Assembly (NCBI GenBank): GCA_963777505.1
Contig: CAVZQN010000005.1
Location: 1-64,000 of the forward strand
Length of the DNA: 64,000 bases
From: an uncultured bacterium
Lineage (GTDB): Bacteria > Acidobacteriota > HRBIN11 > JAKEFK01
Reading direction: 5' to 3'
Below, piece after piece: positions 21,094 to 31,026 of the stretch. The position numbers and the translations under genes are program-made. The stretch's first letter is position 1. Every line of letters begins with the position of its first letter. Below the pieces are notes generated by a model that saw nothing but the letters and a program-made list of their open reading frames with translations, was not told where the DNA came from and ran no database searches.

Positions 21094-21858
21094 TTATTGC
21101 TGCTTTCTAGCAACAAAATGAACATATCGCAATAAACCTGTGGAAAAAAACATATGGTTTGTTGTGCCAACCACTGCGGCTGAAGTGAGGAATAGCGGTT
21201 GCAATGGAGCTGGAAAGTGTTTTCTTATTAACGCCGCCATCATCGGGCTGTCAAGGTTCAGAGCATGAAGGACGTTTTTGCTAATATCTGTTTCTGTGAT
21301 GATTTTAAGCCCTGCATCCGCAAATTTTTTCAGTAATGCAGGAATCAAATACCGTAAGCGAAAATCTGCAAAGAGGAAAAATCCATCAGGTTTCAACACA
21401 CGCGCTACACTTTGCAAAAACTTATTTTCATTCGGATAGCAATGCGACGATTCAATATTGATGACTGCATCAAAAGTTCCAGTATGGAATGGCAAATCCG
21501 ACGCATCTGCATTAAGAAATTGCAACCCTTGAATTGAGTGATTTCTACTGCAAAATTGAATGCAATGCGGTGAGTGATCGACACCAATTAGACTTCGCGG
21601 ATGACAAACTCGTGAAACATACGCAGCGCCGCCTCCGCGGCCGCAGCCTATCTCCAGAACATTCAAGCCATCAAGTGGAACGCAGCCCACAACCTGAGCG
21701 TACAACGCTTCAAAGTGATTCAGGTTGTGGGTTTCCGTTGATTCATTCAGGTTTGCATAGCCATAGTTCATGAAAGTCCATTCATGAAGTTCGGCATATT
21801 CTTTTGCTGCCAAATCATAGAAGAAGAAATTAATAGATTGGTTTCCTGTGTAACCCAT
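21094..21858 (-). CDS. Class I SAM-dependent methyltransferase
   Basis: FMNYGY, VLEIGCGRGGG, FDAVINIESSHCY. Confidence 0.92.
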   Translation of the reverse strand: MGYTGNQSINFFFYDLAAKEYAELHEWTFMNYGYANLNESTETHNLNHFEALYAQVVGCVPLDGLNVLEIGCGRGGGAAYVSRVCHPRSLIGVDHSPHCIQFCSRNHSIQGLQFLNADASDLPFHTGTFDAVINIESSHCYPNENKFLQSVARVLKPDGFFLFADFRLRYLIPALLKKFADAGLKIITETDISKNVLHALNLDSPMMAALIRKHFPAPLQPLFLTSAAVVGTTNHMFFSTGLLRYVHFVARKQQ

Positions 21859-21913
21859 AGATTTGAATCAAAGTAAGTGTATCACCGGGCTCTTTGAGCG
21901 ATGATGCGAGCTG

Positions 21914-23213
21914 TCAGTTTTTTTCGTGCGTGACAGATCTTTCGGGCGGTTCCTGAGAGGGAGTGGCAACCGCGGCGAACCGCGGCAGTGCGGATTCAAA
22001 ATCCTTGCGCAATTCATCCACATTGCGATATCGATAGATTGGATTTTTTTCCAGAGCTTTCAAAATGATCTTTTCTACCTCTTCTGGAATTTGGGGATTG
22101 ATCGAACGCGGAGATGGAGGCGGATCTTTCAACTGCTGAAATCCCACGGCAATCGGAGAGTCACCGGTAAATGGCACACGTCCGGTCAGCATTTCAAAAA
22201 GAATCACTCCCAGGGAATAAATGTCGGCTCTCTCATCCACATGTTTTCCAGACACCTGTTCGGGAGCCATGTATTCCGGCGTGCCCATGATCAAACCTGT
22301 CGCAGTCATTCCTTCCAGATGAATAGAACGCGCGAGACCAAAATCGATGATTTTGATTTGACCGGTAGTACCAACGATAACATTCTGAGATTTCAGATCA
22401 CGATGAATGACTCCTTGAGAATGAGCAGCCTCCAGGCCATTACATATTTGCGAAAGGATCTGATACGCATTCAAAAGCGACAGCGGGCCGCTTTTCTTCA
22501 AATGCTCTTTCAAGTTCATCCCGCCGAAATATTCCATGGAAACATAATGAAGAGTATTCACTTCGGCGATATCGTGAATCCGAATGACGTTAGGGTGAGT
22601 TACCCGGCGGGCTAGCGAGACCTCACGCGTGAGTCTTTCGAGCGCTTCGTTATCTGTACTCAACAATGGAGACAACAATTTGATTGCGACCTGCTCTTTC
22701 AGTTGCTTGTCGTAGGCTTGATAAACGATTCCCATTCCTCCACGGCCTAGCTCGGAGAGTACTTGATAGCGTCCTTCGAGCGCGGCGGACAAACTCAATA
22801 GGGTTGTCGGCATCGCGCTTCCACCCATCTGAGCCGGTGCCGCAAACATTCTGGTCGATATTAACGACCGTTCCATCTGCTGATTCCGTTCTGAATCCAG
22901 CCGGCAAACAAGCGCTTCCAGATTTGTGATCCGTTCTTCCATTCGAGTCGATTTTGCGGTTTCTTCGGGGTTCAATTCCTTTAGTTTCTGTTTGTTCAGT
23001 TCGTGACGATGACGCATCCAGATCCAGAAAGGCGACATCAAAATTGCAAATACAGGAATTGCGATCAATGACTCAGTCCTGGATGCGAATGCAACAGAAA
23101 AAAACGAGTCCGAAAATGCCGATTGGGATTATCCACTTCGTAGGAGAATTCTCAGAATCCTTGGACTTGCTGTCAAACACTTTCATCCAGCTAGAGTTTG
23201 AGTCTTTAGCCAT
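21914..23213 (-). CDS. Membrane-anchored Ser/Thr kinase (N-terminal TM hairpin, coiled coil, C-terminal kinase); frameshift in A-run 23098-23104
   Basis: GRGGMGIVY, HRDLKSQN, DFGLAR, GTPEYMAPEQ. Upstream ATG 23213 (MAKDSNSSW...IIPIGIFGLVF) joins SVAFASRTESLIAIPVF after removing one base. Confidence 0.88.
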
Positions 23214-23222
23214 ATTAATCCA

Positions 23223-23248
23223 TAGACGACAGAGAAAGACATAAGTTC
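23223..23248 (-). promoter_or_regulatory. Possible ECF (sigmaE-like) promoter for a near-leaderless kinase transcript
   Basis: Minus strand GAACTT-ATGTCTTTCTCTGT-CGTCTA, 9 nt before ATG 23213; no RBS. Confidence 0.45.
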
Positions 23249-23354
23249 GCTACATATCTTAACTATATATGATATGGCTGCGGAGGTTTATTGGTGAGGC
23301 GTCTATTTTATCCCTTGATGTTCGATCGAAGCTGTCGTGTCAGAAGTTGAAATG

Positions 23355-23630
23355 TCACACCTGTATCTTCGACTTCTTTTCTTTGACAACATCAGATTCC
23401 GGATTTTCGATAGCCCGTGGGTCGGCACCGATGTCAATTTTTGGATCCCTATCGAATGCGTCTTTTTCGCCAACCGTATATTTTGGTAGGGTGCCACGTA
23501 CGACTTCAATTCCAAACGTACGTCCTCTCATGTCATCTATATCGTCTTTGAATAATTCAGTTTCTATTTTGTATTCATTTGATAACGGATTCTTACTACC
23601 AGACCCTGGTCCCTCATTGATTTTAGCCAT
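23355..23630 (-). CDS. Small acidic orphan protein
   Basis: AAGGAGG RBS; preceded by a CGTTC-N15-CGTCT motif. Confidence 0.7.
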   Translation of the reverse strand: MAKINEGPGSGSKNPLSNEYKIETELFKDDIDDMRGRTFGIEVVRGTLPKYTVGEKDAFDRDPKIDIGADPRAIENPESDVVKEKKSKIQV

Positions 23631-23666
23631 CGAGCCTCCTTATTGATGAAACCGTACTATTAACAA

Positions 23667-23691
23667 AGACGTGTCAGAAAAGGATTGAACG
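23667..23691 (-). promoter_or_regulatory. CGTTC-N15-CGTCT promoter motif, copy 3
   Basis: Minus strand CGTTCAA-TCCTTTTCTG-ACACGTCT. Confidence 0.7.
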
Positions 23692-23740
23692 ATCGTGGCG
23701 TCAAGTTGCTGTCAGCAAAGGCTTTACTCTTCATGGAGTA

Positions 23741-24310
23741 TTATGGTTTTATGATGGTGCTCTGCATAATTGTTGAATAAGCATCTGCTGCTTTTTGCAA
23801 GTTTGAGTTCACACGGCTTTCCTGTTCCTGTCGGCTTTGGATACTTTCTTTTACCTGATCTTCGTTCTGCTGAAGTTTTTCTATTTCACTGAGAAGTGCC
23901 TTAATCTTAATATCCACTTCTGCGAGCTGTGACTTCAATTGTTCAAGCTGAGCCTGAGCCGCTGCTAACCCGGTTTGGTTGCCTGCCGATTCAGCGCCCA
24001 TTATTTTGGCCGAAGTAGCCACAATCTGTGCTTTTAGTCCATTTTTCTGTTCCTTCAATGATTCCAACTGTTGACCGAGTTGTTCCAGTTTTTTATCGTT
24101 GTCCGGCTTTATCAAACTCTGGAGTTCCGCTGCACGTGAATTAGCAATCATTGATTGTTCCGACTTCACGCTCGTTGCAAGTTGTCCAGAAAGTTGATGA
24201 TTTTTCGTGTCTGATACAACTTCTTTCGCGATGTTAGATGTTACGGAAGCATTAGAATCTTGTTGAATGATACTCGTTTCGGTTGGAACAGAAGTAGATC
24301 GTATCTTCAT
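23741..24310 (-). CDS. Orphan coiled-coil leader-motif protein
   Basis: S/T-rich leader, KSEQSMIANSRAAELQSLI, long heptad repeats; GAGGTG RBS. Confidence 0.8.
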   Translation of the reverse strand: MKIRSTSVPTETSIIQQDSNASVTSNIAKEVVSDTKNHQLSGQLATSVKSEQSMIANSRAAELQSLIKPDNDKKLEQLGQQLESLKEQKNGLKAQIVATSAKIMGAESAGNQTGLAAAQAQLEQLKSQLAEVDIKIKALLSEIEKLQQNEDQVKESIQSRQEQESRVNSNLQKAADAYSTIMQSTIIKP

Positions 24311-24370
24311 AAGGCGAGCACCTCACCGCTGATTCTCGCACGTGTACAAAATGAGTGCAAATGGCAGGGA

Positions 24371-24595
24371 TTACTTCATCAGTTCGTCTGGACTCAATGC
24401 GAAAGTCAGATCCTCAGTTTTTGCGAGACAGCTCGTATCCAGTCCGTCCACACTTCCAGCATTCACATAAGCCGTGATAATTTCCGAAACACAAGGATCT
24501 GTATCGTTATGTCCACGATTGGGCAACACGATATTGCGCGCATTTGTGAGCGGGCGCGCCACACGCTCCCCTCTGTGATAGGGCTTTTTAACGCC
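24371..24595 (-). pseudogene. Remnant C-terminus of a TAP-like alpha/beta hydrolase
   Basis: GERVARPLTNARNIVLPNRGH...PCVSEIITAYVNAG...LDTSCL; the upstream part of the ORF is translated repeat DNA. Confidence 0.6.
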
Positions 24596-24624
24596 GAGTA
24601 CGCCGATTTTAATGAAATAAGAAC

Positions 24625-24806
24625 TCACCACCAAGTCACAAAGACACAGAGTTTCACAAAGTTCTTTGTGAAAACTTGGTGACTTAGTGTCTTTGTGGTT
24701 AATCTTCTGTTTTACGGATAAACACGGATTTTTCTTCATAAATAAATAAGATCCGTGTTCATCCGTGTCTATCCGTGGTTAAACTACTCCGTGTTCATTT
24801 GTGGTT
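24625..24806. repeat. Cluster of REP-like hairpins with short tandem units
   Basis: CACCAAGTCACAAAGACACAGAG...CTTGGTGACTTAGTGTCTTTGTGGT followed by ACGGATAAACACGGAT...ATCCGTGTTCATCCGTGTCTATCCGTGGTT. Confidence 0.7.
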
Positions 24807-24901
24807 ATTGTAAAAACGTCCGATTCGGAAGCCATCAATTGGGTGTACGTGCCTATCTGGAATTCCATTCTTACGGTAGAATTTTTCGGGGTTAATAAAA
24901 G

Positions 24902-27181
24902 ATGCCGCATAAAAGTATCCATTTCGCAATGATAGCTCTCGTTCTATTGTGCAGTGGTTTTGATTCTCCCGCGAGCGAAAAGCCTGATGAGATGTTTGGC
25001 TTTACGGCAAATAGTACAGCATCTCAGCAAAAGATCGAAGCTCAATTCGACGCATTGCTTGTTGGTTCGCCTTTTCGCGAATGGATGCAGCGAATCACAG
25101 CAAGGCCGCATCATGTTGGCTCTGCTTACGCCCGCGAAAATGCGGAATGGATGGAACAACAATTCCGTTCATGGGGTTTTGATGCAAGAATCGAATCTTT
25201 TCCGATGCTTCTTCCAACACCACGGATTCGACGTGTAGAACTTCTTTCGCCAAATTCTTATGTGGCAAAATTAGAAGAACCGGTATTAACACCATCAGAA
25301 GCAAAATTGCGAACAGTAGCCGAAGAGCTTCCTCCTTACGGTGCTTTTTCTATTGGCGGCGACGTCACTGCTGAACTTGTATATGTGAATTATGGAATGC
25401 CTGATGATTTCACTGAATTGGAACGACGCGGAATCGATGTAAAAGGGAAGATTACCCTGGCACGATTCGGTGGTGGTTGGCGCGGCATTGCACCACGGGA
25501 ATCGGCTGAACACGGAGCAGTGGGATGCATCATGTATATGGATCCGGAAGATTATGGTTGGCCGTATGGCGATTCATATCCTGAAGGCGGTCTTTACAAT
25601 GGATGGGCAGTAGAGCGAGGTTCGATCACTGACTTTTCAAAATTTGGTGGTGATCCTTTATCCATTGGAATAGGTGCGCCGGCATCGCTGGCTTTGCCTC
25701 CATTAGAAGAAATTAAGCGCCTTCCAGGATTTATTACGATTCCGGTTTTGCCGATTGGTTGGAATGATGCTCAACCCCTGATCGCATCACTGAAGGGACT
25801 GATCTCTCCACCGGAATGGAAAGGCGGATTGCCGCTTCCATATTATTTAGGACCTGGCCCTGGAAGAGTCAGGCTTCAAGTAGAATTCGATTGGAAAATA
25901 GTTGAAACCCACAATGTGATCGCTGTGTTGACCGGTAAAAGCGAACCAGATCGTTGGGTAATCCGCGGCAATCATCATGATGCGTGGGTTTATGGTGCGG
26001 GCGATCCGGTAAGCGCTATGGTAGCGCTTCTTGCAGAAGCGCGAGGAATCGGACGTCTTGCATCGCAAGGATGGCGTCCGAAGCGAACTTTGATTTATGC
26101 CGCATGGGATGGTGAAGAGTTTGGACTTCGTGGCGCAGTAGAATGGGCCGAAACTCATGCATCCGAACTCAACAAAAAAGCAGTCGCATATCTTAATACG
26201 GATGGCTACACTCGTGGCGTTTTTAATGCAAGCGGATCTCCGATCCTGGAACTTCTTGTCAATCAGGTCGCGCGAGATGTCAATGATCCGGTGAAAAATG
26301 TAAGCGTTTTGAAAAGACATCTTGCAACTCAGATCGTTAACGGTGCTCCGCCGCGAGCAAAAGCAGCAAGAGATGGCAAGCTCTGGCTGAGTCCAGCCAG
26401 CGGCGGTTCGGATCATGTTCCTTTTATTCACCATCTAGGGATTCCTTCACTCTTTGTTTTGACTAGTGGTGATGAAAACGCCGAACTATCGCACACCAGT
26501 TACGACACAGTCGAAACGTACGAACGTTATATGGATCCAGGTTTTCGTTACGGTATAACGATGGCTCAAGCCAACGGACGTCTTGCGATGCGGCTCGCAT
26601 CCGCTGATGTACTTCCATTTGATCCACTCGCATTTGCCGGAACGATGGCAAGGTCAATCGATTCTGTTAATAACAAAATCGAGGAATTGCGTTCTGAAGC
26701 TGAGGAGCACAATCGAAGACTTGCGGATGGAATTTTTGAGATGACCGCTGATCCGAACTTGCCGTTTGTAAAACCATCAAAACTGAGTGAAGTCCCTGAG
26801 TTTGATTTAACTTCTTTAACGCAGGCATCTGAACGCCTTCAAGAAGCGGCGAAAAATTATCATGAACGAATACAAGAAGCGCTTGATAATCAACGTCTCG
26901 ATGCGGATACTTCCTCAAAACTGAATTCAATCTTGATGCATCTTGAGCCTTCGTTGTTGCGCTCCGAAGGTTTGCCGGATCGACCGTGGTATCGTCATCA
27001 AATTTGGGCCCCCGGTGTTAACACAGGATATTCTGGTTTTGCATTTCCTGGAGTCCATGAAGCAATCGTGTTAAGGGATTGGAAAGTAGCGCAGGATCAA
27101 GTGAAAGTGATTGCAGCCACCCTGGATCAATTTACTTCTACACTCCAAAATGCAACGGCTGTGCTGTCAACAAAGGATTGA
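24902..27181 (+). CDS. M28 peptidase, glutamate carboxypeptidase II-like (PA, M28 and TfR-dimer domains)
   Basis: Signal peptide; PHHVGS, YVNYG, GNHHDAW, GAGDPVS, WDGEEFGL, GSDH, RPWYRH. Confidence 0.95.
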   Translation: MPHKSIHFAMIALVLLCSGFDSPASEKPDEMFGFTANSTASQQKIEAQFDALLVGSPFREWMQRITARPHHVGSAYARENAEWMEQQFRSWGFDARIESFPMLLPTPRIRRVELLSPNSYVAKLEEPVLTPSEAKLRTVAEELPPYGAFSIGGDVTAELVYVNYGMPDDFTELERRGIDVKGKITLARFGGGWRGIAPRESAEHGAVGCIMYMDPEDYGWPYGDSYPEGGLYNGWAVERGSITDFSKFGGDPLSIGIGAPASLALPPLEEIKRLPGFITIPVLPIGWNDAQPLIASLKGLISPPEWKGGLPLPYYLGPGPGRVRLQVEFDWKIVETHNVIAVLTGKSEPDRWVIRGNHHDAWVYGAGDPVSAMVALLAEARGIGRLASQGWRPKRTLIYAAWDGEEFGLRGAVEWAETHASELNKKAVAYLNTDGYTRGVFNASGSPILELLVNQVARDVNDPVKNVSVLKRHLATQIVNGAPPRAKAARDGKLWLSPASGGSDHVPFIHHLGIPSLFVLTSGDENAELSHTSYDTVETYERYMDPGFRYGITMAQANGRLAMRLASADVLPFDPLAFAGTMARSIDSVNNKIEELRSEAEEHNRRLADGIFEMTADPNLPFVKPSKLSEVPEFDLTSLTQASERLQEAAKNYHERIQEALDNQRLDADTSSKLNSILMHLEPSLLRSEGLPDRPWYRHQIWAPGVNTGYSGFAFPGVHEAIVLRDWKVAQDQVKVIAATLDQFTSTLQNATAVLSTKD

Positions 27182-27298
27182 TACCTGTCCAATTTGCTTG
27201 AGCGTTAGAAAACATTGCCAAATGTAATCGAAAATACTATTCTCTGAACTCTCATTTTTTAACCCCACCAAGATCTACTGCTGCACAAGGAGTATGCC

Positions 27299-27517
27299 TT
27301 GGAAAGGAAATGGATCAGTGTGAAGGAGAGTCTGCCTGGAAAGGCGAAGCATTTAGTGATCGTTTATGATCCGGAGTTAATTCATGGTGTGACAGCTGCA
27401 CTATTTGATGGAAAAGAGTTCAGGTCCATTGCGGATAGACAGGAAATTTTTAAGAGTGTCACACATTGGATGCTGCTTCCAGAAGGCCCAATTCAGGAAG
27501 AAGACGAGAATTTCTAG
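27299..27517 (+). CDS. Small DUF551-like protein
   Basis: WISVKESLP...VTHWMLLPEGP; AAGGAG RBS, TTG start. Confidence 0.8.
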   Translation: MERKWISVKESLPGKAKHLVIVYDPELIHGVTAALFDGKEFRSIADRQEIFKSVTHWMLLPEGPIQEEDENF

Positions 27518-27564
27518 CTAAAAAGATTGATCATCAATTGGGTTAATAGGCTAATTGGACGTTT

Positions 27565-28311
27565 TTATTTTGTGCAATAGTAAATTTCACCGCTTGCAGC
27601 ACTTAGACCCATTAGCTTTGCTTCGTTGTTACTAACCAGGTCTTTCACTACCGTGACTTCTACTTTGAATCCTGCTTCGCGAAGTCGATCAACATAGTCT
27701 GGGCCGTACCTCCGAACATGATCTTTTTGGCCAAATACCTTAAGTCGTTGTTCAGGATCAATAATGGATGGATCCTCAAACGTCCTATCAGCAGTAATCG
27801 GTACGAGCAAAATTGCCCAACCATTTTCCTTTAAGACTCTGTGAAACTCTTTGAGCGCCTTCTTGTCATTGTCAACATGTTCCAACACATGGCTGCAATA
27901 AATGACATCAAATGATTGATCAGTGTGTTTGATATCTGTAACGTCCATTTTCTCCATCGCGCGAGGATTCTCTAAATCAGCGGTAACATAGTTATTTCCA
28001 AGGAGTTGCTTGAGCCTCTTTTCAAGGCAGTTTTCCGGTGAAACGTGGAGCATCTTTTGGGATGTGCTGGTAAAAAGATTTGTCTTCTCTTTTAAATAGA
28101 GCCACAACAACCGATGTCGTTCGAGCGATCCGCAATAATAGCATTTGGCATCTTTCCGCTTCATAAGTCCATAGCCAAGAAATCGTCGAGATGATCTTCC
28201 GCAAACTGGACAATACCTTTGTCTTCCAGAGCAGTACTTTACAAAGATGAATGCATCTTCCAGCACATATTTGAACTTGTTTGGGAGAATCGCACCGGTA
28301 AATCTTTTCAT
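27565..28311 (-). CDS. SAM-dependent methyltransferase with N-terminal Cys cluster
   Basis: CPVCG...CYYCGSLERHR, FDVIYCSHVLEHV, FGQKDHVRRYG. Confidence 0.9.
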   Translation of the reverse strand: MKRFTGAILPNKFKYVLEDAFIFVKYCSGRQRYCPVCGRSSRRFLGYGLMKRKDAKCYYCGSLERHRLLWLYLKEKTNLFTSTSQKMLHVSPENCLEKRLKQLLGNNYVTADLENPRAMEKMDVTDIKHTDQSFDVIYCSHVLEHVDNDKKALKEFHRVLKENGWAILLVPITADRTFEDPSIIDPEQRLKVFGQKDHVRRYGPDYVDRLREAGFKVEVTVVKDLVSNNEAKLMGLSAASGEIYYCTK

Positions 28312-28546
28312 TGGTACTGGCCCGGTATTGGTTGAAGGCGACGCTTACTTCAGCATCATCTTAATTTTATGATCAACAACCTGAAAAGCAAAGGATCATT
28401 CCCGATATAAGCCTCCGGAAATATTCGATCAGGAAAAAGACTGTGCAAAAGTCATACCGCCCATCATCATACTTGCACTGATACTTGCTTCCTATAGATA
28501 TTGGAAGAATGAATTAAATATAACCGCAATTAAAGGAGTATCAATA

Positions 28547-29023
28547 ATGGAACAGAGAATTAGTGCTATTTACGAAAAAGGTCACCCGGCGTTGAAGGCC
28601 TTATTTGGTTTGGGATCGTATCTGGCGAAATCATCAATCGAAGAATCGCTTCAGAACTTAATCCATTTTCGAGTTTCGCAAATTAATGGTTGTGCGTATT
28701 GTCTTGATATGCACTCAAAAGATTTGCGTGCAAGAGGAGAAAGCGAACAACGTCTGTATGTTTTGGATGCATGGCGTGAAGCACCGTTTTACACAGACCG
28801 GGAACGTGCAGCACTTGCCTGGGCGGAAGCGGTTACGAACGTAACAGAGGGTCACGTTCCGGATGAAGTTTTTGAAGAAGTGCGAAAGGTGTTTTCTGAA
28901 CAAGAGATAATTGATTTAACGATGACTGTTATTACGATTAACTGTTGGAATCGCATTAACATTGCCTTCCGCACCACTGCAGGAACGTATCAGCCGAATC
29001 AATTTGCCGCGCAAACGAAATAG
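28547..29023 (+). CDS. AhpD/carboxymuconolactone decarboxylase family protein
   Basis: RVSQINGCAYCLDMH, AWREA, ERAALAWAE, INCWNRI. Confidence 0.95.
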   Translation: MEQRISAIYEKGHPALKALFGLGSYLAKSSIEESLQNLIHFRVSQINGCAYCLDMHSKDLRARGESEQRLYVLDAWREAPFYTDRERAALAWAEAVTNVTEGHVPDEVFEEVRKVFSEQEIIDLTMTVITINCWNRINIAFRTTAGTYQPNQFAAQTK

Positions 29024-29057
29024 AGTTCACTAACAGGATCTTCATTGGTTAATCAAA

Positions 29058-29084
29058 CGGGCGGGTCTTAGACCCGCCCCGTAC
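29058..29084 (-). repeat. GTAG-type REP-like palindrome
   Basis: GGGCGGGTCTTAGACCCGCCC hairpin between convergent genes; same core as 41601-41626. Confidence 0.75.
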
Positions 29085-29091
29085 ACTGTGA

Positions 29092-29610
29092 TTACATTTG
29101 AGATTGCTTCAGTGAAGCAACAAAGTCCACTACCTTATGTTGGGTAGCTTCAGGCAATGAGTCTAAATGATCAGACAGGGTTTGCCGTTCGAGTGTCAGA
29201 ATCCTGGAGTTTTGAACTGCTTCTACTTTCCATTCTCCATTGTGTTTGGCGACAACAAATAACTGCATCGAGTCTCGGCCAGGCAAAGGTTTGGATTCTC
29301 CAGGCATTGTTACACGAACGACACTATGCATGTATGCTAATTCTGGATTTAGAAGCCTGACGAATTTTACTTCGGCTTCGAGATGTGACCCCTTAACGAC
29401 CGTATCAAAAATCTGCTGATGGAATGAATTAATTTCGCTGCGACCTTTTATATGCGTGCCCTCGAATGCAACAAAATCAGCGTCATCGGTGAATGGAGCA
29501 GCAAAACCTTTGCCGCTTCCTTCATTCCAAGCTTCCATCAATTGATAAGGAATCGAACGGATGGCAGCTTCATCAGCAATACTCATCTCTTGAGTTGATT
29601 GCACTTCCAT
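29092..29610 (-). CDS. SgcJ/EcaC-like NTF2/SnoaL protein
   Basis: AWNEGSGKGFAAPFTDDADFVAFEG, WKVEAVQN; start re-called after AAGGAG. Confidence 0.85.
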   Translation of the reverse strand: MEVQSTQEMSIADEAAIRSIPYQLMEAWNEGSGKGFAAPFTDDADFVAFEGTHIKGRSEINSFHQQIFDTVVKGSHLEAEVKFVRLLNPELAYMHSVVRVTMPGESKPLPGRDSMQLFVVAKHNGEWKVEAVQNSRILTLERQTLSDHLDSLPEATQHKVVDFVASLKQSQM

Positions 29611-29743
29611 AACATGCTCCTTTCTTCTCAAAAATCATCGTTACTTCGAAACTATTCTTTTAATAAAGCGTTTTCAAGATTGCCTCTTGAATCGGGGTGG
29701 AATCAAGCATACTGAATGTATATATATGGATATGAGGTGATTT

Positions 29744-30256
29744 ATGAGAATGATCAATCTAAGAAAACTCGGCACAATGCTCGTTTTGATTTGCTTAGGT
29801 TTTGTACCTGTTTCGTTGAACGCTCAGGAAACAGAATCGGCAAGAGAAGAGCAGGATGCATGCAAGATGATCATGGAGGAGAATATTGGAGCCATCCTCG
29901 GTGAACCAGTTAAGAAATCAGAACGGACTTTACCCGCAGAGGGTTTGAAGGGCATTTCTCCTTTTACTCAATGCCGGTTTATGTCCACTGAATCGGACAA
30001 ACAAGCCAGCATATTGGTCCGTCAAGGACAGGTTAATCAAAGTGAACCCGCCGAAGTCCGTAGCTCGCTAGAATCGATGGGTAATGTACAGGATGTCTCA
30101 GGCGTTGGAGATAAGGCTTTCTGGGGTTCCCAACAACTGAATGTTTTTCGTGGAGATGACCTGTATATCGTAGTCACTGTCTCAGGATTGTCTGATGATG
30201 TTGCTTTGGAAAAAGCAAAAGCAATCGGTCAGGAAGTCCTTAAACAGATTCCCTAA
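29744..30256 (+). CDS. Secreted hypothetical protein
   Basis: Sec-type signal peptide; VSGVGDKAFW motif; two Cys. Confidence 0.75.
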   Translation: MRMINLRKLGTMLVLICLGFVPVSLNAQETESAREEQDACKMIMEENIGAILGEPVKKSERTLPAEGLKGISPFTQCRFMSTESDKQASILVRQGQVNQSEPAEVRSSLESMGNVQDVSGVGDKAFWGSQQLNVFRGDDLYIVVTVSGLSDDVALEKAKAIGQEVLKQIP

Positions 30257-30332
30257 ATAGTTTTTCCGAAAGTTTTGAAGTTTATAGGAATATCCGGGTA
30301 CTGTCCGCATCTTCAAGTTCTGGAGGTGCGTT

Positions 30333-30938
30333 ATGGTTCACTCAAAACTTTGGAAAATATTCGCATTCATGTTTCTCATTGCGGTTCCAGTGTGTTTTGG
30401 TGCTTCAACACACATGGGTGTTGAGCCGCAAGAATTAGTTTCATTAATCCGGCATTGTTACGTGAATGATACGCCGCCCTTGTTTGATTGCTTCATGAGA
30501 CGGACGTTTGCGACTGGAGAGCTTGAAGATAATTTCAAGATACCGGAAGGCAAGATGCTGATTGTCACAGATTATGAATGGAAGTACGTCAACACTGAAC
30601 CGAATGATCTGGCTGGTACACTTCTTCGAATTTCGATTCATCGAAGCTGTCTGGATCCTCAAGATGCATGTCTTACAAGTCATTTTCAACCTGCAAGTTC
30701 GTTCGCTGAGGCCAACGAATTTGGTCCGATTCTTGGAGGCGGAATTTATGCATCAGGAAACGCTCAAATGACAACCGGGTTTGCGGTAGCTTCAAATCGA
30801 AAGCTATCCGTGCACATGGAAGATATGTTAGGAGGTTTCCTTCCAACTTCAGGAGAGTTCATCAAATTGGAACTAATGGTTCGTGGTTATCTGGTTGCAT
30901 CGACTTGTGGAATTCCAGGAACACCTGCTTGCCGTTAG
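30333..30938 (+). CDS. Secreted Cys-containing hypothetical protein
   Basis: GGAGG RBS, signal peptide, paired cysteines. Confidence 0.7.
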   Translation: MVHSKLWKIFAFMFLIAVPVCFGASTHMGVEPQELVSLIRHCYVNDTPPLFDCFMRRTFATGELEDNFKIPEGKMLIVTDYEWKYVNTEPNDLAGTLLRISIHRSCLDPQDACLTSHFQPASSFAEANEFGPILGGGIYASGNAQMTTGFAVASNRKLSVHMEDMLGGFLPTSGEFIKLELMVRGYLVASTCGIPGTPACR

Positions 30939-30989
30939 GGCAAAATTGAGGTGCTTGATTCAGCAAAAATTAGCAACTTATAAGTTGCT

Positions 30990-31015
30990 GGGCGGCCTGT
31001 AAAGACCGCCCCTAC
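30990..31015 (-). repeat. GTAG-type REP-like palindrome, variant
   Basis: Minus strand GTAGGGGCGGTCTTTACAGGCCGCCC; adjacent palindrome AGCAACTTATAAGTTGCT. Confidence 0.65.
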
Positions 31016-31026
31016 AAGTTTTCGGA

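Noticed and set aside
21926-22615. 229-aa plus-strand ORF
   Set aside because: Antisense shadow of the kinase domain.
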